A stretch of 63,623 bases of DNA, filler included, from Klebsormidium nitens (lineage: Eukaryota > Plantae > Klebsormidiophyceae), in NCBI GenBank assembly GCA_000708835.1. It is 9 parts of 9 records of this genome, joined end to end, with 100 filler letters (N's around TTAATTAATTAA, not from the genome) between each part and the next. Parts side by side here need not be neighbours in the genome. Positions count along the whole stretch, not along the records: positions 61,871 to 63,623 come from DF238543.1; 8 more parts are not named here. One strand, written 5' to 3'. The number at the start of each line of letters is the position of its first letter. The first letter of the stretch is position 1. Shown here in pieces: positions 62,158 to 63,623 of the stretch. The notes beneath the pieces are model-generated. The model made no database searches. It was given only the letters and a program-made list of their open reading frames with translations, and was not told where the DNA came from. Made by a program: the position numbers and the translations under genes.

Positions 62158-63369
62158 TGGACTAGGCTTCCAGTCGGCCTTCCACCTTCCAAAGTAACTC
62201 GTCGGATAGTTAACCCGCCCAAACCGTTTTCGCCCGCAGCCGCTCCCACTAGAATTCGAACTTTCGACCCTCCGGTCCCACATTTTGTTTCAAAGTACGG
62301 ACCGGGGATGACGTCACAAGTCCGTACTCAAATCGCGCCACCCGCTGGACAATACTCGCGGACGGTTCACAAATGGCGAACTGAGGGGCATGGCGCACAT
62401 GTTCAACCGGGGGTCGAAAAAGACTCAAGGCTGAATATTTTGCCCAAACACAACGCAGTCGCGGTGTCGGCCCCCGTGTTTGCCGCGCGTGACTTCGAAC
62501 GAGGGTCACAATGTAGGCAACTTTGTAACCTTGCGCAAAAGCTCAGGCGGCAGGCCCGGAAGCTGTTGAGTAGATAGAGGGATACAAACACCGACTACCC
62601 CAGAGGTACCCTACGCGTACGAGACCCCCCAAAGGGAAGTGGTGGCGCCTCGGCCTAGCGCTAGGACCGAGGAAGGCAAAAGGAGCACCCAAAATGGACA
62701 AAGGAGCACCATAGATTGCACATCTACGAAAATGTTGTAGTAAGAGAAGAGTGAACCATGGCGAAAATCGATGAATGTGACGGATGGGCTACGGTTAAGT
62801 AGACCGCCCATCGTCAAGAGTGCATGACCTTCGGCTTAGCTTATGTGCCAAATGGCGGCATATGAGCACAGTATTGATGTGACGTAGTTACTGCAAGGTT
62901 GGTTAATCACGCCACCAAATAGTTCGTAGAGTTTAAAAGTGATCACACTTAGTCAATGGTGCGATGCAGCGACCATGGATGACCACACAAGTTCATGATA
63001 TGACCGGGATTGCTTGGCATGGTGCATGACGCTCTACCATAAAGTCGTGAGTATGCTCCCCGACTAGCTGGACGGAGATTTTAGACACGTGACTGAATGC
63101 AGAATCCGAGTCGATTGCGCTCGTGGACTACCTCTTCATGATCTGAAACTTCAGTGAACGCGAATAGGAAAGAGACACGTAGTAGGCTTGCGGGGATCCT
63201 TAAAAACAAGTCCGTGACCAGCAGGCAAAACTATCTATAGCAGAAAGACAACATTTTTACAAAGTGGCGCCTTCGTCCAAGAACGCATGCAACCATGAAT
63301 TCCGCACATGGCTGCTTGATCGTGTGTTGTTATGTTGACACCGCTTCGCTTAGCTGGACAACCATCACA

Positions 63370-63623
63370 ATGAACGAGGAGCTAGATGCGGCCTTTGAGG
63401 AAATATGGTAGCTTTTTAAAAAAACGGGATTGGTGAAGCCGGTTCTCATGAAGTGGGTTTACTGATCTAAGCGGAACGCTTCCGAAAACGTGGTGCCGTA
63501 CAAGGCTCAAGTGGTGGCGACTACCCGCAAAAGTGCTTTGGGATCGACTTCAAGAAAGTCTATGCCTTGATGAGCAAATAGACGATGTCACCGGGCGCTC
63601 CTCGCGGTGGTCGCAAAGCGGAA
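63370..63623 (+). mobile_element. Degenerate copia reverse transcriptase fragment
   Basis: MNEEL...W*L...KPVLMKWVY*SKRNASENVVPYKAQVVA...GIDFKKVYALMSK resembles RVT_2 start motifs, with stops and frameshifts. Confidence 0.75.

Overview
Intron-rich eukaryotic nuclear scaffold with GT-AG introns. The gene content (FBN5, TORNADO1-like Roc-COR, Ser-Pro-Tyr wall protein, telo-box promoter) suggests a streptophyte green alga such as Klebsormidium; this is an inference. Eight 100-bp gaps of the form N44-TTAATTAATTAA-N44 and three plain N gaps break the window into contigs, so adjacency across gaps is not guaranteed. Apparently intact host genes are an Ulp1/ESD4-type SUMO protease, an orphan 127-aa protein, an SDR, an (SPPSY)n extensin-like protein, an atypical cyclophilin, MOB1, an intronless DUF938 methyltransferase and FBN5, plus a partial unknown gene. 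Disabled or fragmentary genes are a TRN1-like Roc-COR gene, a BTAF1/MOT1 fragment and a POLD1-derived relic. The rest is dense in mobile DNA: at least four non-autonomous TIR elements with different end/TSD signatures (GG..CC/TTAA, TG..CA/6 bp, CA..TG/7 bp, CAC..GTG/2 bp), a tRNA-like head, Ty3/gypsy and copia fragments and nested LTRs. The most notable signal is two separate Ty3/gypsy-type segments that each carry an extra ORF with an F-box-like motif, one upstream of gag and one overlapping the end of integrase; this may be a retroelement-encoded SCF-adaptor system. Also notable is a cyclophilin that appears to lack the catalytic Arg and ends in a CaaX box. All homology calls come from motif recognition by eye; no searches were run.
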